A stretch of DNA of 31,671 nt, from contig JAGOFF010000001.1 of the NCBI GenBank assembly GCA_017997315.1, positions 1 through 31,671 on the forward strand, in the 5' to 3' direction. Source of the DNA: Clostridia bacterium. GTDB lineage: Bacteria; Bacillota; Clostridia; Saccharofermentanales; UBA5734. The notes beneath the pieces are model-generated. The model was given only the letters and a program-made list of their open reading frames with translations, did not search any database and was not told the DNA's origin. Made by a program: the position numbers and the translations under genes. Below are positions 7,737 through 16,284 of the stretch, one piece after another. How positions within the stretch are numbered: position 1 is the first letter of the stretch; the number at the start of each line of letters is the position of its first letter.

Positions 7737-7867
7737 AAGCGGGCGGGATCCGGTCCGGCTGTTTCCGGAATCCTGCCGCGGATCGTGATTTTGTCACTTA
7801 CCCGCGCATCCGTTTTCCCTATACTCCGGTATAGAAAAGCATGACGGACATGGAAAGGGGAATGTAC

Positions 7868-8188
7868 ATGAGCAAGAACGTATTGGATCTGACTGCCGCC
7901 AACTTCGACAACGAGGTCTTGAAATCCGACAAACCGGTACTGATCGATTTCTGGGCGACCTGGTGCATGCCCTGCCGGATGGTGGCGCCGACGATCGAAG
8001 CGCTGGCCGGTGAAATGGGGGACAAGGCGAAGGTCTGCAAGGTCAATGTGGACGAAGAACCGGATCTGGCCGGCAAGTTCGGCATCATGAGCATTCCCAC
8101 GGTCATCGTCATCAAGAACGGCAAGATCACGGCCAAGGGCGTAGGAGCTCAATCGAAACAGGCCTACGTAGACATGCTGGCCCGATAA
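7868..8188 (+). CDS. trxA: Thioredoxin
   Basis: Motifs VLIDFWATWCMPCRMVAP, KVNVDE and GIMSIPTV (cis-Pro). The start ATG 7868 follows GGAAAGGGG. Confidence 0.95.
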   Translation: MSKNVLDLTAANFDNEVLKSDKPVLIDFWATWCMPCRMVAPTIEALAGEMGDKAKVCKVNVDEEPDLAGKFGIMSIPTVIVIKNGKITAKGVGAQSKQAYVDMLAR

Positions 8189-8216
8189 GGGGACAGAGGA
8201 GCGGCTGATCGAAACG

Positions 8217-8251
8217 CCGGACGGATTGCTCAGCGATGCGTCCGGTTTTTT
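8217..8251 (+). terminator. Intrinsic terminator after trxA
   Basis: CCGGACG-G-ATTGC-TCA-GCGAT-G-CGTCCGG followed by TTTTTT. Confidence 0.75.
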
Positions 8252-8255
8252 CTGG

Positions 8256-8270
8256 ATATAATCATAATCA
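8256..8270 (+). promoter_or_regulatory. -10 box (TATAAT 8257-8262) overlapped by a Fur/PerR-box-like 7-1-7 motif
   Basis: ATATAAT-C-ATAATCA matches 11/14 positions of both the Bacillus Fur box (TGATAATnATTATCA) and the PerR box (TTATAATnATTATAA). No clear -35 box. Confidence 0.45.
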
Positions 8271-8304
8271 TAGCGGATCAATCGAAGCAAAGGATGGAAG
8301 CCGT

Positions 8305-10860
8305 ATGTTGAAAGTATTGATCGTGGGAGGCGTCGCGGGCGGCGCAAGCGCGGCTGCCCGGCTCCGGAGACTGGACGAGAACGCGGAGATCATTCTGTTC
8401 GAGCGGGGGGAGCACATCTCCTATGCGAACTGCGGACTGCCGTACTATGTCGGCGACGTCATCCGTGAGCAGGACCGGCTCCTGGTGCAGACCCCGGAAG
8501 CCATGCGCGCCCGGTTCCGGATCGATGTACGGGTGAACAGCGAGGTGACAGCGCTGGACCGCACCGGGAAAAAGGTGCATGTCCGCGAGACGAAGACCGG
8601 CCTTGAATACGATGAGAGTTATGACAAGGTGATCCTGTCGCCCGGCGCGCGTCCGTTTGTGCCGCGTATCGAAGGCCGTGACCTGCCCGGGGTGTTTACG
8701 TTGCGGAACGTCCCCGATACCCTCCGGATCCGTGAATTCGTCGACAGCGGGAAAGTCCGCCGCGCCGTGGTGGTCGGAGGCGGATTCATCGGCATCGAAA
8801 TGGCCGAAAATCTGCGTGAGAGAGGCATCCCGGTCACGCTGGTGGAAGCGCTCGACCAGGTCATGGCTCCGTTCGACTACGAGATGGCGGCCGTCCTGCA
8901 GTCCAGCCTCAAGCAGAACGGCATCGCGCTGTCGCTCGGATCCGCGATCACCGGCATCCGTTCCGCGGGTAACTCCCTCGAGGTCCTGCTCGACAAGGGC
9001 GGACCGGTTCCGGCGGACATGGTAGTCCTGAGCATCGGTGTCCGTCCGGAAAGCGAGCTGGCGCGCGATGCGGGCCTGGAAATCGGCGAGCGCGGCGGCA
9101 TCCGTGTCGACCGGCATCAGAGGACATCCGATCCGGACATCTATGCGGTCGGGGATGCGATCGAAACCTATGACATGATCTCCGGCAAAAACACGCTGCT
9201 GCCGCTTGCCGGCCCCGCCAACCGGCAGGGACGTACCGCCGCGGACAACATCGCCGGCCGGGATGTCCCGTTCGAAGGCGTCATCGGTTCATCCATCATC
9301 AAAGTGTTTGATCTGGCGGCCGCGACCACCGGAAGCAACGAGAAAAACCTGAAGCGCAACGGAATACCGTACGAGAAGACATACATCCATCCGCTCTCCC
9401 ACGCCGGGTACTACCCCGGCGGGACGCAGATGACGCTCAAGCTTCTTTTTTCACCGGAGACCCGCAAGGTTCTGGGTGCTCAGGCGGTCGGCCCGGACGG
9501 GGTGGACAAGCGCATCGACGTGATCGCGACCGCGATCAAGCTGGGTGCGACCGTGGATCAGCTTCAGAATCTGGAACTCGCATACGCCCCGCCGTTCTCC
9601 GCCGCCAAGGATCCGGTCAATATGGCCGGATTCACCGCGGTGAACATCCTCGACGGGTTGACCCGGGTCCTGCACTGGCACGATGTCGACGGGCTCGACC
9701 GCAACCGGTTCGTCATCCTTGATGTCCGGACGCCCGAGGAATTCGAGCTCGGGCATATCGAGGGGGCGCAGAACCTCCCGGTGGACGACCTTCGCGACCG
9801 GCTGGCGGACGTACCGCACGACAAGGAGATCCTGATCTATTGCCGGGTCGGCCTGCGCGGCTACGTCGCGGAACGCATCCTGAGGCAGAACGGCTTCGAC
9901 GCGGTCTACAACCTGAGCGGGGGTTTTCTGCTGTACAGCAGCGTGAAAGAAGCCGAGACCGCTCCGGTCAACGATTCCGGTGTTCCAGCCTGCGGAACCG
10001 ATGCGGTCCTGCCCTCCCCGGTGAACTGCCAGGGGTACCCGGATCATACCGGTGACGGTTCCGAGTCGTTCACCGCTGCCGCCCGGGAATCCGCGGCGCC
10101 CCGCACGGCTTCGCGGCCGGTCGCCGTCAAGTCTGTGGATGCGTCCGGACTGCAGTGCCCCGGTCCGATCCTGAAGCTCAGCGAAGGGCTGAAAACGCTT
10201 ACTCCCGGCGACATCCTGGAAATCGCGGCGACCGATCCCGCGTTCGGAAAAGACGCGGAGGCATGGTGCATGCGCACCGGGAACAATCTGCTCTGGTCGG
10301 AGAAGGAAGGCCGGACCGAGCGATACTGGATCCGCAAGGGATTCATCACCGCCGCCCCCACGGCAGGTGCCGCGGCATCGCCGCGGAACGCACACGATAA
10401 AACCATCGTCGTGTTCAGCGAGGATATGGACAAGGCGCTCGCCGCGTTCATCATCGCCAACGGAGCCGCGGCCATGGGACGCAGGGTGACGCTGTTCTTC
10501 ACGTTCTGGGGGTTGAACATTCTGCGCAAAGAACGCCGCGTACGCGTCCGCAAGGATTTCGTGTCCGGGATGTTCGGGAGGATGATGCCCCGCGGACCGG
10601 CCCGGTTGGGCCTGTCGAAAATGAACATGGCCGGGATCGGAAGCCGGATGATGCGCAGGGTCATGAAGAACAAGAACATCAGCTCCCTGAACGAGCTGAT
10701 CCGGTCGGCGATCGACAGCGGCGTACGCCTGGTGGCCTGCACGATGTCCATGGACGTGATGGGAATCCGCAAGGAAGAGCTGATCGACGGCATCGAGATC
10801 GGCGGTGTGGTCAGCATGCTGAGCACCGCGGAGGAAGGGGATGCGCTCCTGTTCATCTGA
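8305..10860 (+). CDS. CoA-disulfide/persulfide reductase fused to rhodanese, TusA/SirA and DsrE/F domains
   Basis: CoADR part: IVGGVAGGASAAARLRR, SYANCGLPY, GGGFIGIE, ELAYAPPF. Rhodanese: LDVRTPEEF..GHI and YCRVGLRG. TusA: DASGLQCPGP. DsrE: FSEDMDKALAAFIIANGAAAMGRRVTLFFTFWGL and VACTMSMD. Start moved to MLKVLIV. Confidence 0.92.
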   Translation: MLKVLIVGGVAGGASAAARLRRLDENAEIILFERGEHISYANCGLPYYVGDVIREQDRLLVQTPEAMRARFRIDVRVNSEVTALDRTGKKVHVRETKTGLEYDESYDKVILSPGARPFVPRIEGRDLPGVFTLRNVPDTLRIREFVDSGKVRRAVVVGGGFIGIEMAENLRERGIPVTLVEALDQVMAPFDYEMAAVLQSSLKQNGIALSLGSAITGIRSAGNSLEVLLDKGGPVPADMVVLSIGVRPESELARDAGLEIGERGGIRVDRHQRTSDPDIYAVGDAIETYDMISGKNTLLPLAGPANRQGRTAADNIAGRDVPFEGVIGSSIIKVFDLAAATTGSNEKNLKRNGIPYEKTYIHPLSHAGYYPGGTQMTLKLLFSPETRKVLGAQAVGPDGVDKRIDVIATAIKLGATVDQLQNLELAYAPPFSAAKDPVNMAGFTAVNILDGLTRVLHWHDVDGLDRNRFVILDVRTPEEFELGHIEGAQNLPVDDLRDRLADVPHDKEILIYCRVGLRGYVAERILRQNGFDAVYNLSGGFLLYSSVKEAETAPVNDSGVPACGTDAVLPSPVNCQGYPDHTGDGSESFTAAARESAAPRTASRPVAVKSVDASGLQCPGPILKLSEGLKTLTPGDILEIAATDPAFGKDAEAWCMRTGNNLLWSEKEGRTERYWIRKGFITAAPTAGAAASPRNAHDKTIVVFSEDMDKALAAFIIANGAAAMGRRVTLFFTFWGLNILRKERRVRVRKDFVSGMFGRMMPRGPARLGLSKMNMAGIGSRMMRRVMKNKNISSLNELIRSAIDSGVRLVACTMSMDVMGIRKEELIDGIEIGGVVSMLSTAEEGDALLFI

Positions 10861-10897
10861 GCAGGGGCATCGCCGCACGGCCGGTCCGGGCCGGATC

Positions 10898-11644
10898 TTA
10901 TTCGGTCCGGATCGGCGGATACGAGAACATGTAGCCTTTGCTCCACTCCGTCCGGATGAAGTCGAAGCCCGGAAGCGCCGCCGCCAGCCTTTTGCGCAGG
11001 GTGCTGACGTTGACGGCGATCATGTGTCCGTCAAACCCTTCCGAGGTGAGCCATACCCTGCGGAAAAGGCTGGCGCACGGGATCACCTCGTTGGGTGCCC
11101 TCGCAAGGGTGGAAATCAATGAGAACTCCTTGGGTGTCATCGGAACCTCTTTGCCGTCGACCCGGACCTGGCGGAGATCCAGGTCGATCATCAAGGGCGG
11201 GAAGGACAGGCGGCTGATGGTGCGGAACGAAGCGGTCCTCCGCACATGCGCCCCGATGCGGAGCGACAGTTCACGCAGGTTGCAGGGTTTCTCCATGTAA
11301 TCGTCGCCCAGATGGAAACCTCGGGCCATCTGGTCTTCGCCGCCCGCGGCCGCCAGAAACAGGATCGGGGCGGAAGACGTGTCCCGCAGCATGCAGGCAA
11401 GATCGAAGCCCGACATATCGGGCAGGCGGGTATCGAGCACGATGCAGTCCAGATCCGCATGGACCATCTCCAGCGCCGCGGCGCCGGTCTTTGCGTGCAG
11501 GATCCGGTAACCGCTCCTGCGCAGAAAGTGCACGTACCCTCCCGGTTTCTCGCAATCATTGTCGATGATCAGGACCAGCGGCTGGGACGCGGACAGGGAA
11601 GACGATCCGATGCGCCTGCCGGGATGCGTATGCTTCTGCACCAT
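10898..11644 (-). CDS. Orphan OmpR-family response regulator with a degenerate receiver domain
   Basis: Receiver motifs IIDND, IVLD, LFLAA and GDDYMEKP; winged helix MTPKEFSLI..LA..PN...L...VW...V.V..LRKRL...IRTEWSKGY. Start at ATG 11644 or GTG 11641 after GGAGG. Confidence 0.85.
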   Translation of the reverse strand: MVQKHTHPGRRIGSSSLSASQPLVLIIDNDCEKPGGYVHFLRRSGYRILHAKTGAAALEMVHADLDCIVLDTRLPDMSGFDLACMLRDTSSAPILFLAAAGGEDQMARGFHLGDDYMEKPCNLRELSLRIGAHVRRTASFRTISRLSFPPLMIDLDLRQVRVDGKEVPMTPKEFSLISTLARAPNEVIPCASLFRRVWLTSEGFDGHMIAVNVSTLRKRLAAALPGFDFIRTEWSKGYMFSYPPIRTE

Positions 11645-11749
11645 TTCCCTCCATGCATGATAAATGGGTGTGCATTTTAAACAAGAATGCGCCCCCATTA
11701 TCATACAAGGTGAACAGATTGTGAATAAGGAGTCAAAAAAACCTTATAA

Positions 11750-13270
11750 TTAGCCGGATGCCCGATCCCCGTCACCCGGCGTCCAGCGGAGTACCGGCGA
11801 CCGTGCCGCGCGAACCTCGTCGATCCGCCGCACCGGAGTGCCGAACGGAGCGTCCTCAAGCCGTACGGAGCCGGAGACGGCCTCGGCGGCGATCGTTTCC
11901 ATGATGCCGGCGAAATCATCCAGCGTTTCCGGAGACTCGCTTTCGGTCGGCTCGATCATCATGGCTTCCGGAACGATCAGAGGGAAATACACGGTCGGCG
12001 GATGGATCCCGAAATCCAGCATCCTTTTCGCGAACGACAGGGTGGAACCCTGTGCGGGCGGTGCGCCGTCGGCGTTCCGGAGGCCGGACAGGACGAACTC
12101 GTGCATGCAGATCCGGTCATACGGTACGTGGAACATCCCGGCCAGCCTGACCCGCAGGTAGTTTGCGTTGAGGACGGCCATCCGGGAGGCGAACGCCAGC
12201 CCGTCCCCGCCCATGGCGAGGATGTAGGCGTAAGCGCGTACGAGAACGCCGAAATTCCCGTCGTTCTCGCGGACGCGTCCGATGGAGTCCGGCCCGGGGG
12301 ACAGGCGGCGGTATACCGGACCTTCCCGCCCGGGTTCCGTCGTGACGCGGATCACCGGCGAAGGCAGGAATCCGGCCAGCGCCGCTTTCACACCGACCGG
12401 CCCTGCGCCCGGACCGCCGCCGCCGTGCGGTGTGGCGAACGTCTTGTGCAGGTTGAGGTGCACGATGTCGAATCCCATGTCGCCCGGCCGGGCCACTCCC
12501 ATGATCGCGTTCAGGTTCGCGCCGTCGTAGTACAGCAGTCCGCCTGCTCCGTGAACAATGTCCGCGATCTCGCGGATGCGGGTCTCGAACAGCCCGAGGG
12601 TGTTCGGGTTGGTCAGCATCAGACCGGCGATCCGGCCGCTGTCCGGTCCGGTCGCCATCGCCCGGAGCGCTTCGATGTCCACGGTGCCGTCCGGCGCGGA
12701 GGGCACCTGCAGCACTTCGAATCCGGCGGCGGATGCACTCGCGGGATTGGTGCCGTGCGCGCTGTCCGGGACCAGGATACGGTTCCGGGCGGTGTCTCCG
12801 CGTTTTCCGTGCCAGGCCCGGAGGACCAGCAGACCGGTCAGTTCACCATGTGCACCTGCGGCAGGCGCCAGGGAGAACGCGTCCATGCCGGCGATCTCGG
12901 CCAGCATGTCCTGCAGTTCGCCCATCAGCTGCAGCGCGCCCTGCGCGTCTTCGTCCGGGACGTCGGGATGCAGGTCGGCAAAACCGGACAGACGGGACAG
13001 CGACTCGCCGATCCGGGGATTGTGCTTCATGGTGCAGGAACCCAGGGGATAGAAGCCGTCGTCCAGTCCGAAGTTTCTGCGGGAGAGGACGGTATAGTGC
13101 CGGAGTACGTCCGCCTCGGACATCTCGGGCAACAGTGGCGTATCGGAACGCAGCAGTGCGGGGGGAATCATGTCCGAAGCCGCGGGGGCGTCATCCCGGA
13201 TGGAGACCGTGCGGACGCCCTGCCGTCCGGGTCGTGAGCGTTCAAAGAGCAGCGGCGGATCGTTTCTCAT
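11750..13270 (-). CDS. gcvPB: Glycine cleavage system P protein, subunit 2
   Basis: Motifs GFYPLGSCTMKHNP, PAAGAHGE, DSAHGTNPAS, TNPNTLG, YYDGANLNA, the PLP lysine motif HLNLHKTF..PHGGGGPG and MIEPTESE. The start ATG 13270 overlaps the gcvPA stop (ATGA). Confidence 0.96.
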   Translation of the reverse strand: MRNDPPLLFERSRPGRQGVRTVSIRDDAPAASDMIPPALLRSDTPLLPEMSEADVLRHYTVLSRRNFGLDDGFYPLGSCTMKHNPRIGESLSRLSGFADLHPDVPDEDAQGALQLMGELQDMLAEIAGMDAFSLAPAAGAHGELTGLLVLRAWHGKRGDTARNRILVPDSAHGTNPASASAAGFEVLQVPSAPDGTVDIEALRAMATGPDSGRIAGLMLTNPNTLGLFETRIREIADIVHGAGGLLYYDGANLNAIMGVARPGDMGFDIVHLNLHKTFATPHGGGGPGAGPVGVKAALAGFLPSPVIRVTTEPGREGPVYRRLSPGPDSIGRVRENDGNFGVLVRAYAYILAMGGDGLAFASRMAVLNANYLRVRLAGMFHVPYDRICMHEFVLSGLRNADGAPPAQGSTLSFAKRMLDFGIHPPTVYFPLIVPEAMMIEPTESESPETLDDFAGIMETIAAEAVSGSVRLEDAPFGTPVRRIDEVRAARSPVLRWTPGDGDRASG

Positions 13271-14667
13271 ACCGGACCTCCCGTCTGCGGCCGGACCGCG
13301 GCGAATGCCTCCACCGCGTCGGCGAACCGTCCGATATCGGAGTCGGAGGTTTTTTCGGTTGTGCAGAATACCATGCCGCCGCCCGGACATGCCGGATTGT
13401 CCCGACCCACCAGGCGCGAAAGGTCGAATCCCGCCAGATAGCCCCGGGAACGCATGCTGCGCTGGAACGCCTGCGGATCGCCGCGGTACGCCAGCGTGAA
13501 CTCCCGAAAGAACGGGGCGTCCGTGATCCTCTCAAAGAGGCCGGTCCGCAGCAGAGCCGCTTCCAGAAGCCGTGCCTTGCGCATGCAGTCCTCGGCGATG
13601 CGCCGCAGTCCGGCCGGTCCGACCAGCGCCAGATAGGCCGCGGCGCGAAGCGCGTACAACGAGTGGTTGCTGCAGATGTTGGAGTTCGCCTTCTCACGCC
13701 GGATGTGCTGCTCACGGGCCTGGAGAGTCAGAACAAACGCGCGCCGGCCCTCCGCATCCACGGACTGGCCGACGATCCGGCCGGGGAGACGGCGCAGGAG
13801 CTTGTCCGACGCCGTAATGAATCCGAAGGCCGGGCCGCCGAACGACAATCCGCACCCGAACGCCTGCCCGCTGCCGGCGGCGATGTCCGCTCCGGAATCC
13901 CCCGGAGCGCGGAGGACCGCCAGGGACAATGCGTCCATAATCCCCTGGACCGTCAGGGCCCCCGCCTCCCGTGCCAGTCCGGAATACAGCGCGATATCCT
14001 CGACATACCCAAGGAAGTTGGGACTCTGGACCAGTACCGCGGCAACCGGAGAGGAGCCGTTTGCGAGCATCGTGCCGAGCGCATCCGGATCCGTCCGTCC
14101 GGCACGCAGCGGAACGGTGTCGACAACGATGCCGACCGGCTCGAGCGCAGTGCGCATCGCAACGGCCGCCCGGGGGTGGACGCCGCCCGAGACGAGTACA
14201 CGGGACCGTCGGGTCTGGCCTGCCGCCATGCGGACCGCTTCGATCCATGCGGACGACGCGTCGTACAACGATGCATTGGATGCCGGCAGCCCGGTCAGCG
14301 AGCAGATCATGGTCTGATACTCGAACAATGCCTGCAGCGTGCCCTGGCTGATCTCCGGCTGGTACGGCGTATAGGCCGTGAAAAATTCCTGGCGGGACAC
14401 GATCGCATCCAGCGCGGCCGGTACGACGTGGTCGTACGTACCCGCCCCGAGGAACGAAACCGCCCGTACCGCCTGCATGCCGCGCTCGGACAGACGGGTC
14501 AGGCGTTCCGTCAGTTCGAATTCCGACAGGCCTTCAGGCAGGGACAGGGCTCTGTGCAGCCGGACCTCCGCGGGGATGTCCGCGAAAAGCGCGTCGAGAT
14601 CCGGCACCCCGACCGTATCCAGCATGCGCCGGACATCCGGCGCGGTATTGGGCACATAGGGCGGCAT
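13267..14667 (-). CDS. gcvPA: Glycine cleavage system P protein, subunit 1
   Basis: Motifs FLGAGTYDH, EF.TAYTPYQPEISQGTLQALFEYQT, NASLYD and LQAREQHIRREKANSNICSN. Confidence 0.96.
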   Translation of the reverse strand: MPPYVPNTAPDVRRMLDTVGVPDLDALFADIPAEVRLHRALSLPEGLSEFELTERLTRLSERGMQAVRAVSFLGAGTYDHVVPAALDAIVSRQEFFTAYTPYQPEISQGTLQALFEYQTMICSLTGLPASNASLYDASSAWIEAVRMAAGQTRRSRVLVSGGVHPRAAVAMRTALEPVGIVVDTVPLRAGRTDPDALGTMLANGSSPVAAVLVQSPNFLGYVEDIALYSGLAREAGALTVQGIMDALSLAVLRAPGDSGADIAAGSGQAFGCGLSFGGPAFGFITASDKLLRRLPGRIVGQSVDAEGRRAFVLTLQAREQHIRREKANSNICSNHSLYALRAAAYLALVGPAGLRRIAEDCMRKARLLEAALLRTGLFERITDAPFFREFTLAYRGDPQAFQRSMRSRGYLAGFDLSRLVGRDNPACPGGGMVFCTTEKTSDSDIGRFADAVEAFAAVRPQTGGPV

Positions 14668-14669
14668 GG

Positions 14670-15050
14670 CTACTCCTCCGCGCAGAACGCGCGATACGCT
14701 TCCGCATCCATGAAGTCGCCGGGATCCAGGGGTTCGTCGAACGCCACCCGTGCGATCCAGCTTCCGTAGGGGTCTTCGTTGAGCTTTTCCGGGGAGGTCT
14801 CCAGATCGGCGTTGACTTCCAGCACCCGGCCGGATTTCGGCATGAAGACCTCCGAAACCGCTTTTACCGACTCCAGACTGGCCAGTGCGTCACCTGCCGA
14901 TAGGACCGTCCCGACTGCCGGCAGTTCCACGAAGACGACGTCACCCAGATGGTCCTGCGCATAATCGGAAATGCCGACCCGCGCGGTTCCGTCCTCCGGG
15001 AGGATCCATTCATGCTCATTTGTGTAGAGAAGTCCGTCTGGTGTCTTCAT
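14670..15050 (-). CDS. gcvH: Glycine cleavage system H protein
   Basis: Motifs YT.EHEW, VGISDYAQDHLGDVVFVELP, the lipoyl-lysine motif ESVKAVSE and NEDPYGSW. Confidence 0.97.
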   Translation of the reverse strand: MKTPDGLLYTNEHEWILPEDGTARVGISDYAQDHLGDVVFVELPAVGTVLSAGDALASLESVKAVSEVFMPKSGRVLEVNADLETSPEKLNEDPYGSWIARVAFDEPLDPGDFMDAEAYRAFCAEE

Positions 15051-16210
15051 TTTGCTGTCCTTCCTTTCCTATAAAAGAAACGTGAACGGATCATCGCGGG
15101 AATCATTGCGCCGCGGATCTCGACCAGAAGTCCGGCATCCCCGGCGCGGGCGGCCTCCACGAGCGCGGTGCCGACCGCGGCGCCGAGTGTGGGGGAGTGG
15201 TAGCCGGTGGTTACGGAACCGATCCTCCGCGACCCGTCGGCGTCGTAGACCGGATAACCGTGCCGCGCGACACCGCGGCCGGTCATCTCGAATCCGACCA
15301 GCCGGCGCGGCGCTCCGGATTCCGACTGGGACGCGAGCGCTTTCCGGCCGACAAACGCTTCCTTGTCGAGGCGGACGAATCGGTCCAGACCGGCTTCGAG
15401 CGGCGAGATGTCACGGGCAAGTTCGTTCCCGTACAACGGCATCCCCGCTTCGAAACGGAGCGTGTCGCGGCATCCGAGGCCGCAGGGGACCGCATGGACC
15501 GGTCCGTCCGCGTCCGTCACGGTTTCCGCCTGCAGCAGAGCGTCCCAGACCGCCTCCGCGCAGGAAGCGGGCATCATGATCTCGAATCCGTCCTCCCCGG
15601 TGTATCCGGTGCGCGCGACCATGCAGGAGACCCCGGCGACGTCGGTCTCCTCGACGAAACGGTAGTTGCCCAGCGAGCAGGGGCCGTCTCCGGCGGCTGA
15701 CCGCAGGATTCCGGCCGCAAGCGGACCCTGCAGCGCGACCAGCCCGAAGGCGTCGGACTCGTCCCGTACCTCCACTTGCAGCCCCCGCGTCTCCGCCGGG
15801 CCGTGCGGGGAGGCCGCCGCGGCGATCCACCGGAAATCCGCCTCCCGGTTGGCGGCGTTCACAACGAGCAGAAAGGTTCCGTCCCCGCGCCGGTAGACCA
15901 GCAGATCATCCAGTGTCCCGCCGTCTTCCGCGCACATCGGCGAATAGGCGGCCTGACCGGCCGGGAGCCCGGCGATGCGGGCGGTGAGAAGCCGGTCCAG
16001 AAACAAGGCGGCATCGGGGCCGCCGACCACGATTTCACCCATGTGCGAGACGTCGAACAATCCGGCACGTGTCCGGACGGCCCGATGCTCCTCCACCAGT
16101 CCGGCATACTGGACCGGCAGCAGCCATCCGGCGTACTCGACCATGCGGCCGCCGTACCTCCGGTGCGCATCATATAAAGGCGTTTTGCGCGCAGTGACGC
16201 CGTTTTCCAT
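15047..16210 (-). CDS. gcvT: Glycine cleavage system T protein (aminomethyltransferase)
   Basis: Motifs KTPLY..H, GLFDVSHMGE, ARTGYTGEDGFE and GLGCRDTLRFEAGMPLYG. ATGA overlap with gcvH. Confidence 0.97.
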   Translation of the reverse strand: MENGVTARKTPLYDAHRRYGGRMVEYAGWLLPVQYAGLVEEHRAVRTRAGLFDVSHMGEIVVGGPDAALFLDRLLTARIAGLPAGQAAYSPMCAEDGGTLDDLLVYRRGDGTFLLVVNAANREADFRWIAAAASPHGPAETRGLQVEVRDESDAFGLVALQGPLAAGILRSAAGDGPCSLGNYRFVEETDVAGVSCMVARTGYTGEDGFEIMMPASCAEAVWDALLQAETVTDADGPVHAVPCGLGCRDTLRFEAGMPLYGNELARDISPLEAGLDRFVRLDKEAFVGRKALASQSESGAPRRLVGFEMTGRGVARHGYPVYDADGSRRIGSVTTGYHSPTLGAAVGTALVEAARAGDAGLLVEIRGAMIPAMIRSRFFYRKGRTAK

Positions 16211-16245
16211 TCTTCATCCTCCTCGGCCGTCCCAGCGGCCTCAAT

Positions 16246-16284
16246 AACAAAAAAGCGCAAACGGAAAAAATCCGCCTGCACTCT
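16246..16284 (-). terminator. Riboswitch-controlled intrinsic terminator (expression platform)
   Basis: Minus strand AGAGTGCAGGCGGA-TTTTT-TCCGTTTGCGCTTT then TTTGTT. The 5' arm includes the 3' strand of aptamer-2 P1. Confidence 0.75.

Noticed and set aside
7868-8188. WCMPC active site as an unusual thioredoxin
   Set aside because: As far as I know, single changes of the WCGPC dipeptide like this are common in clostridial thioredoxins, and the rest of the protein is canonical.
7619-8347. 243-aa N-terminal extension of the XRE protein (603-aa ORF)
   Set aside because: It is antisense to trxA and the start of the reductase. The HTH begins at Met 7618 with its own purine-rich RBS.
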